Below are positions 23,831-36,689 of a DNA stretch of 64,000 nucleotides, in pieces. Source of the stretch: Sphyrna mokarran (lineage: Eukaryota). The position numbers and the translations under genes are program-made. The DNA lies in the NCBI GenBank assembly GCA_024679065.1, contig JAGIQG010000003.1, forward strand, positions 38,812,001 to 38,876,000. The letters are read 5' to 3'. Numbering within the stretch: position 1 is the first letter of the stretch; every line of letters starts with the position of its first letter. The notes under the pieces are model-generated. The model ran no database searches and was not told where the DNA came from. It saw only the letters and a list, made by a program, of their open reading frames with translations.

Positions 23831-25049
23831 GTCCACCAGGGCCCCAGGCTTACAATGAAAGTCATGCCATCACATGGACTGTGATAAAACAAATGATTGG
23901 CATAGTGAAATATTTCCACTGCCTGTACAACTCTGGAGAAGCACTCCAAAAGTCAGCCAAATAGGTGACAAGATTCATAGTGGTCTGCTCCCTATGACTC
24001 AAATTCAGTCAAAAAACTCAGTTTGTGGCAAATATCTGAAGAGCAGGAGGATATGGAAAGAAGGAAGGAGCCTATACGTCCCCTTTCTGCCCTGGCTGTG
24101 AACAACTTACACAAGTAAACACATCTCCGGACCCCCATTCACCAACAGTCCCACACTTTATTCCTCCCTTCGTCACAGATCATCGCAGTGTTCCCTCAAT
24201 CTCAACATTGAAATAAAGCCAAAATGAACATTGCAAATCAAATTCATGAATCAAAACATGCTTTATTGCAAGTTTGGGTATTCACTTTGTATCCGTCTTC
24301 CACGTGCCTGAGTTAGTGCTCCAAATCAGTCCTACCTCAATGGCCTGTAACATGGTAAGTGCAAGGCTGCTAGCTTTCTATAGGGGAGAGTATAGATAAC
24401 CGTGTAGGATGACCTTGCACCTGGGCCAAAGAGGCCCGGCTTCACGCTGCATTATATTAGTATGATTGGCAGTAGTCTGGGCTGAGCTGCCAATGGCAAG
24501 TGCACTGACCGAGTGAGGACAAATGCTGTCATCCTGCTGAGACTACAGATTTCTGTTCCATGAAGCAAATGCCAGCTGCCCAGTGTTGTGCCCCTGCAAT
24601 CTGAGCAATCTGCTGGAAATGAGTTTATCTGACTGCTGTGACACTCTGCATGCCACTGTGAACTCAGCAAGCCTCAGCTTTCACAAGAACAGTCTGACAC
24701 TACATGGCAACACTTAGACACTGGGTGGCTTCTGCTTACACCGCAACAGAAACTGAGATTTTTATTGTTTTTTCTCCGTATTTCTTAAAAACACTTACTT
24801 TACTGCAAGTTCACCACAAGTCATCATGGATATCATTTTTGGATTTCAAAACCTTTCCTCATACTACACAAATTACAAACACCAATGAGGGGGAAGTTTC
24901 AAGTTTCCCTTCTGGGTTTTGAACACTTGGCATCTACCCTCAGCCATGCCCTTAACAACATGCATGCTTTAGACCACCTGCAGCTTGTAAATCCAAATCG
25001 ATTGTGGAATGAGGGAGAAGTGGGATGTGAGGAGGAAGAGAGGTAAAAT

Positions 25050-25710
25050 ATTGGCCATGGCCTTAGTAATGCTGACTCCTATAATGAGCTTCATTTCCTT
25101 CAGGGAGTTAGAGCACGCAAATGTGCTTTTTCTCCAGGGATTAATACTTACTGGCTCATATTTTTCTGTCAGAGAGGGGGAAGCATTTAAGTGAGTGCAA
25201 TGCAAACCGTTTGAGTGATGTAGGTGACATGGTTGGGCAAGCTGTGGGATGTGGCTGTGAGACTTGCAGCAGTGCTGAATGTGTGAAGGGGAGGTGCAGT
25301 TATGAATGTTAGATCTGAATCCTGATAGGGATTGTAGATGAGTGATGTTGGTGCAATATACTGAGTAATGCATGAGGCAAGTGGTTGACAGATTTGATTT
25401 GCTCCATGTCCATCACTTTATGTAAATGGAAGAATATCATCAAGGTTAGTAGTGTAGTTGGTGATATATGACATTTAAGTATGAATTCATTAACCTTGAC
25501 CGTATGGTTGATATTTGCCAAATTATTTCAGCACTGCTTCCTTATCCTTGGGGCTTGACCTTGACATTGTCTGCCATAGATAGCTTATGATCCCCATATC
25601 TTCTGAGTATTGTCTGGGGAGTCTCCTGGCCTGTAGCTACAGTTGTCAAACTATTTACATTTCACATCAAAACTTTCTTTCTCCATGCAGGACTCCAGTG
25701 CAGCACAGTC
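25050..25710 (-). pseudogene. Harbinger Myb/SANT-like second-ORF relic
   Basis: Minus 25554-25492 reads APRIRKQC*NNLANINHTVKV (cf. RT..QCRKK.NDL); EMKLIIGVSITKAMA near 25050-25100. Convergent with the transposase relic. Confidence 0.55.
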
Positions 25711-26411
25711 TCACCCAGGTTTTGCCATTATTCAGATTGTCAGGTGTCTTGTGCAAGGAATTCAACCGCCTGAGTCTTTCAGGAGGCACAGGCTACTTTA
25801 ACCTATACAAGCCTCTGACGATTTTGAACCCCCTGCTGAAGCATAGTTATATCTGGCTGCATGCTAATGTTATGGTAATGAGTTGGCAAGATGCCCATGT
25901 CACAATAAACAGAGCAGGGTGATCATGCCATGTGATTCCTATTCCTGTTTCAGGGCTGTCCAATTTAACTCCCACAAACTTTCTGGAGACTTTGCTGATA
26001 GGCAGCAAACAGAAAATGTAGTCATTGAACGCTAACTCTATTGAACAAATACATAAATCACAATAAAAATAAATCACACCACTAAATCAAGATTGTGTTA
26101 TGTTTATATTGATATACTGTGTATGCTGAGGAAAATATAAAAGAATCATTGACTAAATTTTGATGTGAAATGTAAATAGTTTGACAACTATTATTGCAAA
26201 TTAATCTGAGAGTTCTTTCAGTGTAATAGGAAAGTATTTGTGCAAGTTGCACAAATTATCTCAGGTCATTTCTGACCCCTGGTGCAAATTTGGGAACAGA
26301 ATAGATGTCTTCGCTGTTCTGCGTTCCCAGTAAGAAAATGTTACATCTCAAGTTCCAAGGTAAACACAGTTACAAAAATAGGCTGGAAATAGTTTTGTTA
26401 TTTTTAAGACA

Positions 26412-26705
26412 ACACAATGGCACAGTTGTTATCACTGCTGGCTCAGAATGCCAGGGACCCGGGTTCGATTCCTGGCTTGAGTCACTGAGTGTGTAAAGGT
26501 TGCACGTTCTCCTTGTGTCCATGTGAGTTTCCTCCGGTTGCTCTGGCTTTCTCTCACAGTCTGAAAAATGTGCTGATTAGGTGCATTGACCATACCAAAG
26601 TCTCCCTCAGTGTAACCGAGCAGGTGCGGTTTTAGTGACTAGGAGATTTCCACAGTAACTTCATTGCAGTGTTAAGGTAAGCCTACTTGTTACACTGATA
26701 AGTTT
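26412..26705 (+). mobile_element. V-type SINE with alternative tail
   Basis: Box B GGTTCGATTCC, V body, tail cacagtaacttcattgcagtgttaaggtaagcctacttg. Confidence 0.85.
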
Positions 26706-27987
26706 TAAAGGAGTTTGGAACATCAAATTGATGGCCTTGAATATTTACATTTTAATCACCTTTGTTTTCATAAGTTTAGGATTTAAAAGCATTACATTCA
26801 TTGAACATTTAAATTCAACTATTTTCTAAACCCATCCATTAAAATATGGTCAAAAGTTCCAAACTTTAACAACTAACTTACCAAAGAGAGTGCATATCTA
26901 TTATCCTTTTAAAATATAAAACTTCCCCTGAGAAAGGAAAAGCAAATCCCCATTTATATTCAAAGTGCAAAGTATCATTCATCAACTGGAAACAATTACA
27001 AAATTTAACAACATATATCAAGTACAGAGCTCCAAACAAAGGTAACATTTCCTTGTTTTTCTGGTTCCCTCATGCAGAGGATATGGCAATGTTTCCATAC
27101 TATATATTGTCTCAAACTAAGTACCCCCCAGCCCCCTTTTCGGACTTCAGCTGCTTCTGTTTTAAGGTACCAAGCCCAATTCTAGTAATATTGAGGCAAC
27201 TATAAAAGACAAGAAAATTGTCTTTTTCTAGACATTCTGGATTTCAAAGAGAATGACAATTTCTTGCGGAAATCAACCACAACAGAATGACAACTGAACA
27301 GAAGACTGGATCTAATTGACAAAATGTATAATACAAAAGGTTAATTGGGTTGTTTGAACACTGGTGAAGGCTTGCCGGTTTGAGACAATCAGCCCCCTGT
27401 ATGTATTTTGTGTACTAATACATGATAAGAAATGGATTGGATTTGCAAAAGAAAACACAACTATCACTGTAGTCCTTTCACTATGAGCTTTGGATATCTG
27501 CAACCCACAGTACTATTCTTCATGCTCTAGTGGGTCAGCAACTAGTCTCTGGTGCATCAAAACCAATACCAAACTGCTTGCATTAATTAGTTCCTTCCGT
27601 TGTAGCTCTATAATGAGGCTCTTTGGGAGTCGAGAGATTAAGGGGAGAAAAGCATTGAGATATGTCTATGTGAGAATGAAAGATGTGAAAGCAGTCATAC
27701 CAGGGCAAATTTTAATCCTGTTTTTCTTCCCCCATTATTAGCAGTATTGACTTGATAATGAGTCGTTCCGAATTTCTTTTCAACTCTCCACATGCTAACA
27801 TTTCATAACTGTGGCATCTGAATTTAAGCATTGTTGTCAATATGAGCTACAACCTTACCAATACACCAAATATTGAAGTAATTTTCTGACTGCAAAACAT
27901 TTTGTATTGCAGAGTTCTTTTGGAAGCTGCACACCATATCTTTGTTGCATTCACAGGTAATCTTACAGTCAAAAAACAAATATTCAT

Positions 27988-28456
27988 CATAAGAACATAA
28001 GAAATAGAAACAGGAGTAGGCTATCCAGCCCCTCGAGCCTGCCCTGCCATTCAATAAGATCATGGCTGATCTCCAGTGGTTCAGTACCATTTTCCTGCTT
28101 TCTCCCCGTAACCCTTAATTCCCTTGTCCATCAAAAACCAATCCACTCTTGACTTAAATATATTCAGAGAGGAAGACTCCACCACTTCAACAGGCAGAGA
28201 ATTCCAAAGATTCGCCACCTTTGAATGAAGAAATTCCTCCTCAACTGTGATCTGAACCGCCCTCCCCCACCTTATTTTGAAGCTGTGCCCTCTAGTCCTG
28301 TTATCTTTGCTAAGTGGGAAGAGTCTCTCAACCTCTACCCTATCCATTCCCTTCATTATCTTATATGTCTCTATAAGATCCTCTCTCAGCCTTCTAAACT
28401 CCAATGAGTACAAACCTAGCGTATTTAGTCTTTCCTCATAATCCAATGCCCTCATC
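27988..28456 (-). mobile_element. CR1 LINE 3' fragment
   Basis: ORF 28081-28458 (YEERLNTLGLYSLEFRRLR, NLWNSLP). Same subfamily as 4884-5663. Confidence 0.9.
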
Positions 28457-28661
28457 ATAAGAGCATAAGAACATCATTTTGAACCCCAAAGCAAAATCTT
28501 GAGGCAGAAGAAAGGTGAAACACTTGGGTGCAACAAATATTGTTCAAATTACTGTGATAATGGGTAAGAAATTGGTTTTGAGTGGGAGAAAAAAAGTAGC
28601 AAGGAAGCAGGATCAAGAAAGACCATTCCAGAGTCTGAGGCCAAAAGTCTGTCGTTCAATT

Positions 28662-28800
28662 GAGGTTTGACAAAGGGTCATCTGGACTTGAGAAATCAGC
28701 TCTGTTCTCTCCTCACAGATATTGCCAGACCTGTTGAGATTTTCCAGCATTTTCTCTTTTGGTTTCAGATTCCAGCATCCACAGCAATTTGCTTTTTTAT
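28662..28800 (+). mobile_element. Penelope-like terminal-repeat fragment (family B)
   Basis: Homologous to 121-228. TTGACAA at 28667-28673, helix II gggtc/gactt, GAAA mutated to GAGA. Confidence 0.65.
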
Positions 28801-29405
28801 CCAGTTCAATTTCATAAGATGGCAAATTAAATCAGCAGTTTTTCAAAATATCATTGAATATTACTGCATTACATGCTACTGAAAGTATATGCTCATTAGT
28901 TTATAGATTTACGCACTGCAACCAAAATCAACAATATTTACTTAGAATGACAAATACTAAAAATAGGGAGCATTGCAGGTAGTGGCTCCATGCTTATAAT
29001 CACACAAACAAGTAGGGAAGATTTCATCTGTGTAGTGAAATTATTGCCAAGTTCTTTATTAAGATATTTATAATTCCACTATTTTTATTAACAATGGTGA
29101 AATTGTCCATTTTTTTTCTGGTATTTGTGAATTTATCTCACTGTTTCTTTCTCCAAGCAAAACAGGACATAAAGATTGCTATTTCTGAGCTCAAATCCAT
29201 TGACTCTGCTCAGAAAACAAAAACAAGTGACTTGTCATGGACATATGCTGAAGCTGAGCACAAAGTTGAGCAATTCAAATTGTTTCCAATTGCACATATT
29301 TAAGTGGTCGCAATCCTAAATACTGAATGTTGACTAAACAAGCAATACTTGGCCAAATCGAGTACTGCCTGTCAACTGATTTACCAGATAGCCCTCTTTC
29401 AATTA

Positions 29406-29568
29406 GGCACTCCATAGATGTGCAGGTTAGGTTGGTTGGCTTGCTAAATTGTCCAAGTGTCAGGGGGGCTAGTTGGGTAAATATGTGGGGTTACGGGGGT
29501 GGGATCATTGACGGTGCAGCCTCGATGGGATGAATGGTTTCCTTCTGCACTGTAGCGATTCTACGATA
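29406..29568 (+). mobile_element. HE1/V-type SINE 3' part
   Basis: gatgtgcaggttagg...ccttctgcactgtagcgattcta. Confidence 0.75.
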
Positions 29569-30946
29569 CTCACAAATTTACAAAATACATGGCAAATTCT
29601 CGATGCAGAGCAGCAAAGAAAAAGTTAAAGCTTTATAATTGCTGAGAAAAGATTATATTTATATACAATTTTAGACAGAAGAAATATCCGAGATTGGACG
29701 TTGTGGCCAAGTCCAAAATTCAACACAATGATTTATAAATCTTACTTAGTTATTGAAATAAACCACAAAATTATGACTTCAAACTGATAATAATATATTA
29801 GGTAGGAGAATTTTAGGCCATAAACTAAGCATGTGGATGAATGCAAGGTATAATGTACCATTTGTAAACCTCAACATGATTAAGTATGTCCCAATATTTA
29901 TTCCCACAAAAAAGTGACAAGCTGTGAAAACTACTAGATGGTTGATCAGGAGATAATAATATTCAAGAGGCAGAGTTGCAGGATTTTAAAACCTAAAATG
30001 CTGAAGGATTTTAAAATATATTACACTGACATCAAAAGACCAACCTTCTTAATTTATCACTGTAAACTCTGAAGCTCAAAGTCTTTTCCAAGTGTTGAGA
30101 GCTTTCTCTGGAGATAATCATACAAGTGCCCTTTTATCTGCAATACCTCTGTCAGGCTCCATCATTAGGATCTTCAGCTTGGGTCAAATAATGGTCTGTT
30201 CTAGCAGGCTAAGAAAACAGGTTTTGATTCCTTCAATAAATTGAGTTACAATCCTCCCCACTCTTTTGCTTTTACAAACAACTCTCAAAGAGAGGAAATT
30301 GAACCACGTGAATATTTAGGAGACTCTATTCTGGAAGTTAAATAAACTGATGACTGGCTCAGTTACTGCAACAGGATACTGATAGCTTTCTATTGGAGAT
30401 CATATGATCTATCTCCTTCTGTTAACAGCAACATGGGGTATTTCAAACAGGAGTTTTCAAATCTAAGCTAATGAGACTCAGGCTGATCTATGTTGCGTGT
30501 TCTTATATAGACCCAAAGGAGACACTTTTTATGTGACATTCCACACAGGGATTGTTGGCCAAAATTCTCTCAATTTACAGTGTATTCATTTCCTAAAAAC
30601 TAGGCCAATAACACAGCTCAAGGGTGGAGTTTTTCTGACATGCCACTTCCAGATGGTTGCATCTGTCCACCATCCTACGATCAAGTTGCTCATGGGAGAC
30701 TGCCAGCTGGCAAGAACCAACTAAATATCACGTTAAAACCATACAACCAATTTTCAAGCATATGGCCTCATTATTTCAAACCTTGAATTCAGAGAAAACT
30801 ATCCCAAAGTGTATCACAGCTTTTTATTTATGTTCAAGTGAGATGAATGCATTCTATAAGACAAACTAATGAGTTAAGAGCATTTTCATTTGACAGTTAA
30901 ATTGAAGAAAACCATTTGTGCACTGCACTTATATAGGTGGCATCTT

Positions 30947-31280
30947 TAGAATCATAGAATCCCTACATCTAGAAGAAGGCCTTTCTGTCCATCGAGTCTG
31001 CAGTAACTGTCTGAAAGAACACTTAATCCAGGAACACCCCCCCCCCACCCCCATCACAATTCCTGGAATAACCATATGCATCTACCTCACTAATCTCCCT
31101 AATCTACACATCTTGGGACATTAAGGGGCAAACTAACATGGCCATTCTACCTAACCTGTATATCTTTGAAATGTAGGAGGAAATCAGTCCCATGCAAACA
31201 CGGGGAGAATGTGCAAATTCCATACAAATCGGACCTGGCTCCCTGGCACTGTGAGGCAGCAGTGCCAAACACTGTGACAT
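30947..31280 (-). mobile_element. HE1/V-type SINE
   Basis: Reverse-complement head (gcactgtgaggcagcagtgc), V body and CR1-type tail. Confidence 0.8.
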
Positions 31281-31309
31281 GAAGCAAGCCCCTCTCACAT
31301 ATTCATAAA

Positions 31310-31545
31310 AGTGCCACTACTTGAAGAGCAACACTTCACCCTGGTTAATCTTTATCCATCAATCAAATCACTGAAGGATAAATCATCCATCTGATCGCTT
31401 CTCCGAATGCTGAATTGGGACCTTGCAGCATACAAATTCCAACAATATTTGCCATTACAACAGTGATTAAAGTTATTTAATGGTGAAGTGCTTTGGGATA
31501 TTATGAGATCATCAAAGACACTATATAAATGTAAGTTACTTCCTT
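31310..31545 (+). mobile_element. Deu-domain SINE relic
   Basis: ...cattacaacagtga...gtgctttgggat...ctatataaatgtaagt. Related minus-strand copies at 33800, 39440 and 63780. Confidence 0.55.
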
Positions 31546-32635
31546 TGTTTAAATATCAAAGAATTACTTTCTTCACTTTTTTTTCTTCTAGTTACAGATA
31601 TTTTTAAGAATGTACATTTATGTGAAGTACTACTTCCCATCACCTTGAATTAATAAAGGTCATGACTGCCCCTCAGATACAGTCGAAGTTAAAAGAATCG
31701 CTAAGGCTTGAATTTGGAAGTGGACGCGGAACACGTTCCTGGCTGTGATGGACATCAAGCGTGAAACCCGCGCTGGGAAAGGCTGGGCGCTGCCTGGAGA
31801 GGACGGTTGCCGAGAGCAAGGAAGATACAGAGTGGCACTTCAAATGGTTTTCCTAAGGGGACAGCCATCGCAGAGCTATCTAAAAGAGCTGCAGATATGT
31901 AATAAATAAATGGCGATAGTAAAATTATTGCAATACCTTGACAGCAAATTAAAACACAACCTTCAATCCCCAAACACCTCTCTCAATTTTATTTCAACCC
32001 AGACTGATCATTCCACCCTGGGTCGAGGTTCAGGCCAAAACGTAAAAGCTGCCTTGCCAATCGGCCCATTCGCTAATAGTAAAAGTAGATGTGCCAGGTG
32101 AAATTGCAATCAATTGGTCCATTAATAGGCTAAAGTGCGTGTTTGTTTGTTAGCAGGTGTAGCTCTGATTCTCTCAAACACCTCTGACTGAAATGTTGCA
32201 CGCATGCACGATGATATTGGGACGTGCACCTAGCGTCTTTTTGCACAGTTTTGCGCACTTTCAATCGAGTGTGCAGCCATTTCACCCAAGGAACGTAAAA
32301 TTCTGCTGTAAGTCTTTAAAGTAGATACTTCTGGCATTTCTCGGAAAGAAAGTTTCCTATTCTAAAGGTGGATAGTATTTTTTTAATTACTCAAGTCTGG
32401 ACACAGAACATTTAGGATGCTGAAATAGTTTATACGAATTACAAACAGAATTTGTTGTGTTTTCTTGCATGTATTGTTATTTCCTAATTCATACTGTTCT
32501 AACATGGTAAATGGGAGTCTAAATTTTATCCTGGATGAATTTGTGGATACATGGTATGCCCGAATCTAGCATTTATGATCAGTTATCTTAATTAGTACAT
32601 TCAAAATTGTTATTAACCCACATGGGGATGGACAC

Positions 32636-32765
32636 ATGGGCAGCATTTTACTGGCACATCTGCCCAAGGTCCATACGATCCAGCCTGAGGCCAACAGAGA
32701 ATGTCATTCTCTGAACCTCGCCTGCCACCTGAATCGGGGGGGCGTGCCGGTAAAATTCCAGCCCA
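32636..32765. mobile_element. Short MITE (Harbinger-like TIR family)
   Basis: gggcagcattttactggcac / gtgccggtaaaattccagccc inverted ends. Confidence 0.65.
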
Positions 32766-32802
32766 TGGAGCCAATTTGCTTCTGAATAATACCCCAGTTT
32801 CA

Positions 32803-33125
32803 CTGGCGGTATGGTGATGCAATGGTTAGCATTGCTGCCTCACGGCATCAGGGATCTGGGTTTGATTACAGCCTTGGGTGACTGTGTTGATTTTGCACGT
32901 TCTCTTCGTGTCTGCATTGGTTCTCATGGTACTGCAGTTTCCTCCCACAGTTCAAAGATGTGTAAGGTAGGTTGATTGGCTGGGTTAAATTGGCCTTAAT
33001 CTCCCAAAATGTGTAGGTTTGGGGCAAATATGTGGGGTTACAGTAATAGGACCTGAATGAGATACTCTATTAGAGAGTGCAGACACAATGGACTAAATAA
33101 CCTCCTTCTGAACTGTAGGGGATGC
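32803..33125 (+). mobile_element. HE1/V-type SINE
   Basis: Head ggttagcattgctgcctcacggc, V body and CR1-type tail. Confidence 0.8.
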
Positions 33126-33799
33126 AATGATTGTATTTGCAGCTGACACACATTTCTGGGAACCTCCAAATGGACGGGAAGCTTCTGCTTGATGACAGCA
33201 TGACCATTTAAACTAGACATAAATGACTGGATAGTAACGTCATAATTTCATCCATACTATCTGGTGGGCTGAATGATTGCTATATGCTATGGCTAACAGA
33301 ACGTCCATGACACTGCAAGGCTGTTCCTTCAGATCAGAAAAGGAGGAGCTTTAACTTCCTGTGTCCTCAGGTAATTTTTTTAATAAAATTACATATTGCA
33401 GCACTATTGTACCGCTGGAATGTCAGTCACTGCTATTATCCGCAAACTTCAATTTTTTCAGAGTTTGTACACCTACTGTCCTTTACAGCATGCATAATCA
33501 TATAACTTCCTCACTCCTTATTGTGCAAGCTGCAGCCCTGACCAGTACTTATCCAAAACACAAGCTAACACTAGAAGTACTGACAGGTTCAGCCAAGTTC
33601 AAATTAAAGTCATGCAAAATACATCTGACTTACAATAACCCCAGAGTGCAAGAAGGAAAAATGCTAATCACTTCCATTTTTATACATGCTAACCATCAGC
33701 ATTTTAATCTGATTGTCAGTGTTTCAATTTGTGCATTAGCATTCCACAAAACAGTCCTTGAAGTGTAATGTAATATAACTGTATGGCTTTAATAATTAA

Positions 33800-34220
33800 A
33801 AAGAACTTACAGTTATATTGTGTTCTTCACATCCTTAGCATCTCCCAAAGTGCTTCAAGTCAATGAACTGCTGTATAGTCACCACTGTAATATAGGTAAA
33901 TGGAACAGTCAATTTGTGCACAGCAAGATCACACAAAAAGCAATTAAATAAAGACAGGGTACTGTTAGAGTAATACAATTCGGACAAGATACCAACAGGA
34001 TGCTATGTTTCTCTGTGAATAATACCATTGGATTTTTTTGCATCTAAGAGGACATTCGGCTTGCACTTTAATGGATCAGCCGAAAGACAATACTGCAAAC
34101 AGTGTAGCACCCCCTCAAGACTGCACTGAAATGTCAGTCGACACAAGATGATCAAGTCTCCAGAATTTGGTTTTAACCTGTAACTTTCTAGTTTAGAGGT
34201 GAGAGTATGCTCTCTGTGTC
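33800..34220 (-). mobile_element. Deu-domain SINE relic
   Basis: cccaaagtgcttc...gtcaccactgtaat...aatttgtgcacagcaagatc...gcacccc.tcaagactgcactg. Confidence 0.6.
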
Positions 34221-34232
34221 AACACTAACTAG

Positions 34233-34404
34233 AATGTGGAGTTGCCAGCGTTGGACTGGGATGGGCACAGTAACAAGTCTCATAACACCAGGTTAAAAGT
34301 CCGACAGATTTGTTTGGTAGGATGAGCTTTCGTATAACTGCCCCTTCCCTCACCTGATGAAGGGACAGTGCTCTGGAAGCTTATTCTATCAAGTAAACCT
34401 GTTG
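34233..34404. mobile_element. Inverted Penelope-derived mini-element (family A) with TSD
   Basis: Inverted arms around tcacCTGATGA (34354-34360; GAAA changed to GGAA). TSD aac(a/g)ctaactag at 34221-34232 and 34405-34416. Confidence 0.75.
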
Positions 34405-34778
34405 AACGCTAACTAGCGCACAGTTTAATGAGGCATAGAAATATTTTTTCTTGGTTTGCTCAAAATGAATAACAAATTTTATTTTGTATTTTTTCTTTCT
34501 GAAACAACTTGATATAAAATGCCATTTGGAAACATATCTTTTCAGTTCTTCTCACTGTATGAAGAGCTGGTGTGATGACACTGTTGGCAAACCAATCTGC
34601 AGATGCTGACAAAGAACATCACAGTGACAACCAAAGCTTGCCCTTCTTTCATCCCCACCACCAAATTTCACACAAAGTACCATAAATAGCAATGAGTAAA
34701 CTGGCCAGATAATCAATTTTTTGGGGTATTGATAAATTGACATGGGAAGAACGTGCTTGCTCAGTGTCATGGACCACT

Positions 34779-35300
34779 ACAAAGAACAAAGAAAATTATA
34801 GTACAGTAACAGGCCCTTCAGCCCTCCAAGCCTGCACCAACCACACTGCCTGTATGAACCAAAAACTTCTATCCTTCCAGAGACTATATCCCTCTATTCC
34901 CATTCAATTCATGTGTTTGTTCAGGCACTCCTCAAAAGTCACTATCGTATCTGCTTCCACTTACTCTCTTGGCAGCGAGTTCCAAGCACACACCATTCCC
35001 TGTGTGAAAAACTTGCCTCGTACATCTCCTTTAAAACTTACCCTTCTTTGACTCTTCTACCCTGGGAAGAAGCTTCTCACTATCCATTCTGTCCATGCCC
35101 TTCATAATCTTGCAGGCTTCTATCAGTCTCCCTCAACCTTTGTCATTCCAGTGAGGATAAACCAGGTTTCTCCAACTTCTCCTCATAGCTAATGTCGTCC
35201 ATACCAAGCTACATTCTGGTAAATCTTTTTTATACCCTTTCCAAATTCTCCACATCCTTCTGGTAGTGTGATGGCCAGAATTGAACATATATTCAACTGC
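34779..35300 (-). mobile_element. CR1 LINE 3' fragment
   Basis: CR1 C-terminal sequence (cacatccttctggtagtgtgatggccagaattg) and a (TTCTTTG)n tail. Confidence 0.85.
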
Positions 35301-35611
35301 TTGAACAGACAACCAGGATTCTGCATTTAACATCTCATCTGAAAGGTAATGTAACTATTTGGCACTCATATGCCAGTGTAGATTATTAGCTCAAATCTGG
35401 CTTAGGGCTGAAAAACATGGGCCATTTGGTAGAGAGTAACAGAGCCCTATTGGTCATGAGTCAAATGTTCAGCTAATTATGGGAGACTTGATAATGATGC
35501 AGAATTTAATGTTTCACATCTGAAAGCTCCTTAATTATGAAACATTTTATATCTGCAGAGGAAAAGAACAATGTTACATTGATTGACTAGGAACATGTAG
35601 AGGAGATAGAC

Positions 35612-35890
35612 ATTCATAGAATTCCTGCAGTGCAGAAGGAGACCATTTGGCCCATTGAGTCTGCATTGACTGTTTGACAGAATATCTTACCCAGGCTCCC
35701 CTCCCCACCCAATCCCCACAATACCCCATATTTATCATGACAAATCCAACTAACCTACACATCTTTGGACTGTGGGAGGAACCCGGAGGAAATCCATACA
35801 GACATGGGAAGAATGCATAAACTCCACACAGTCATCCAAGGCTCAAACTGAACCGGGGTCCTTGGGGCTGTGAGGCAACTGTGCTAGCCA
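35612..35890 (-). mobile_element. HE1/V-type SINE
   Basis: Reverse-complement head, body and CR1-type tail. Confidence 0.8.
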
Positions 35891-36134
35891 TTTGGGAAAA
35901 TCTCCATTCCCAATTTATCATGTGAGGTCTGCCTTTCTTTTCCACCTTTGTAGTCTATTCTTTATTAATATTAATTGTTTAGCAGTTAATTGTACCCCTC
36001 AAACAAGTGCCAGAAATAATTTACATTTTTCTCCCCAATTAAAAAGTGTGAAAAACAACCTTTTTTGTGTAACATGGTGTGGAATTGTGGGATAATCTGA
36101 GAAAAGACATTCACTTCCAATGCACTGAAATCAT

Positions 36135-36670
36135 TAGGCCACAGCTCAAGCAGTTCTGGATATCACCTCGTTGGAAGAATATATTGGTCTCAGCTGGGAG
36201 GACAAAAATGCTCTGGAGAGAATGCAAAGGAGATTACAGGAAAGTTGCCAGAGCTTGAAAATTGCAGCTACAATGAAAGATTGAATAGGTTAGGATTGTT
36301 TTCCTTGGAACAGAACAGACAAAGGGCTGACTAATTGAGTTTTAGAAAATTGTGAGGAAACTAGATAGAGTAGAACAGGAAAACGCTGTTTCCCTAGCTT
36401 TGGGGCCAATTACCAGGGGGCATAGATTTAAGACGATTGGTAGAAGGATTAAAGGCTGCAAAATGAAAACCTTTTTTCACCAGAGGCTGGTTGGCAGCTG
36501 GAATTCCCTGCCCAAACTGGTGGTTAAGGCTGAAATGCTCAACTCCTTCAAAAAGGCACCTGGATCAGCATTTAAAATACCATAGCTTGTAAGGCTATGG
36601 ACCAAGTGCCAACGTAGACATGATGGCTGCATGGCATTTTTCTTCATTACAACTTTTCTAATGGTTCAAT
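36135..36670 (+). mobile_element. Old CR1 LINE 3' fragment
   Basis: ORF 36352-36585 TRGHRFK...FFHQRLVGSWNSLP. Confidence 0.8.
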
Positions 36671-36689
36671 GGTTTTTAAGTACATTGTA

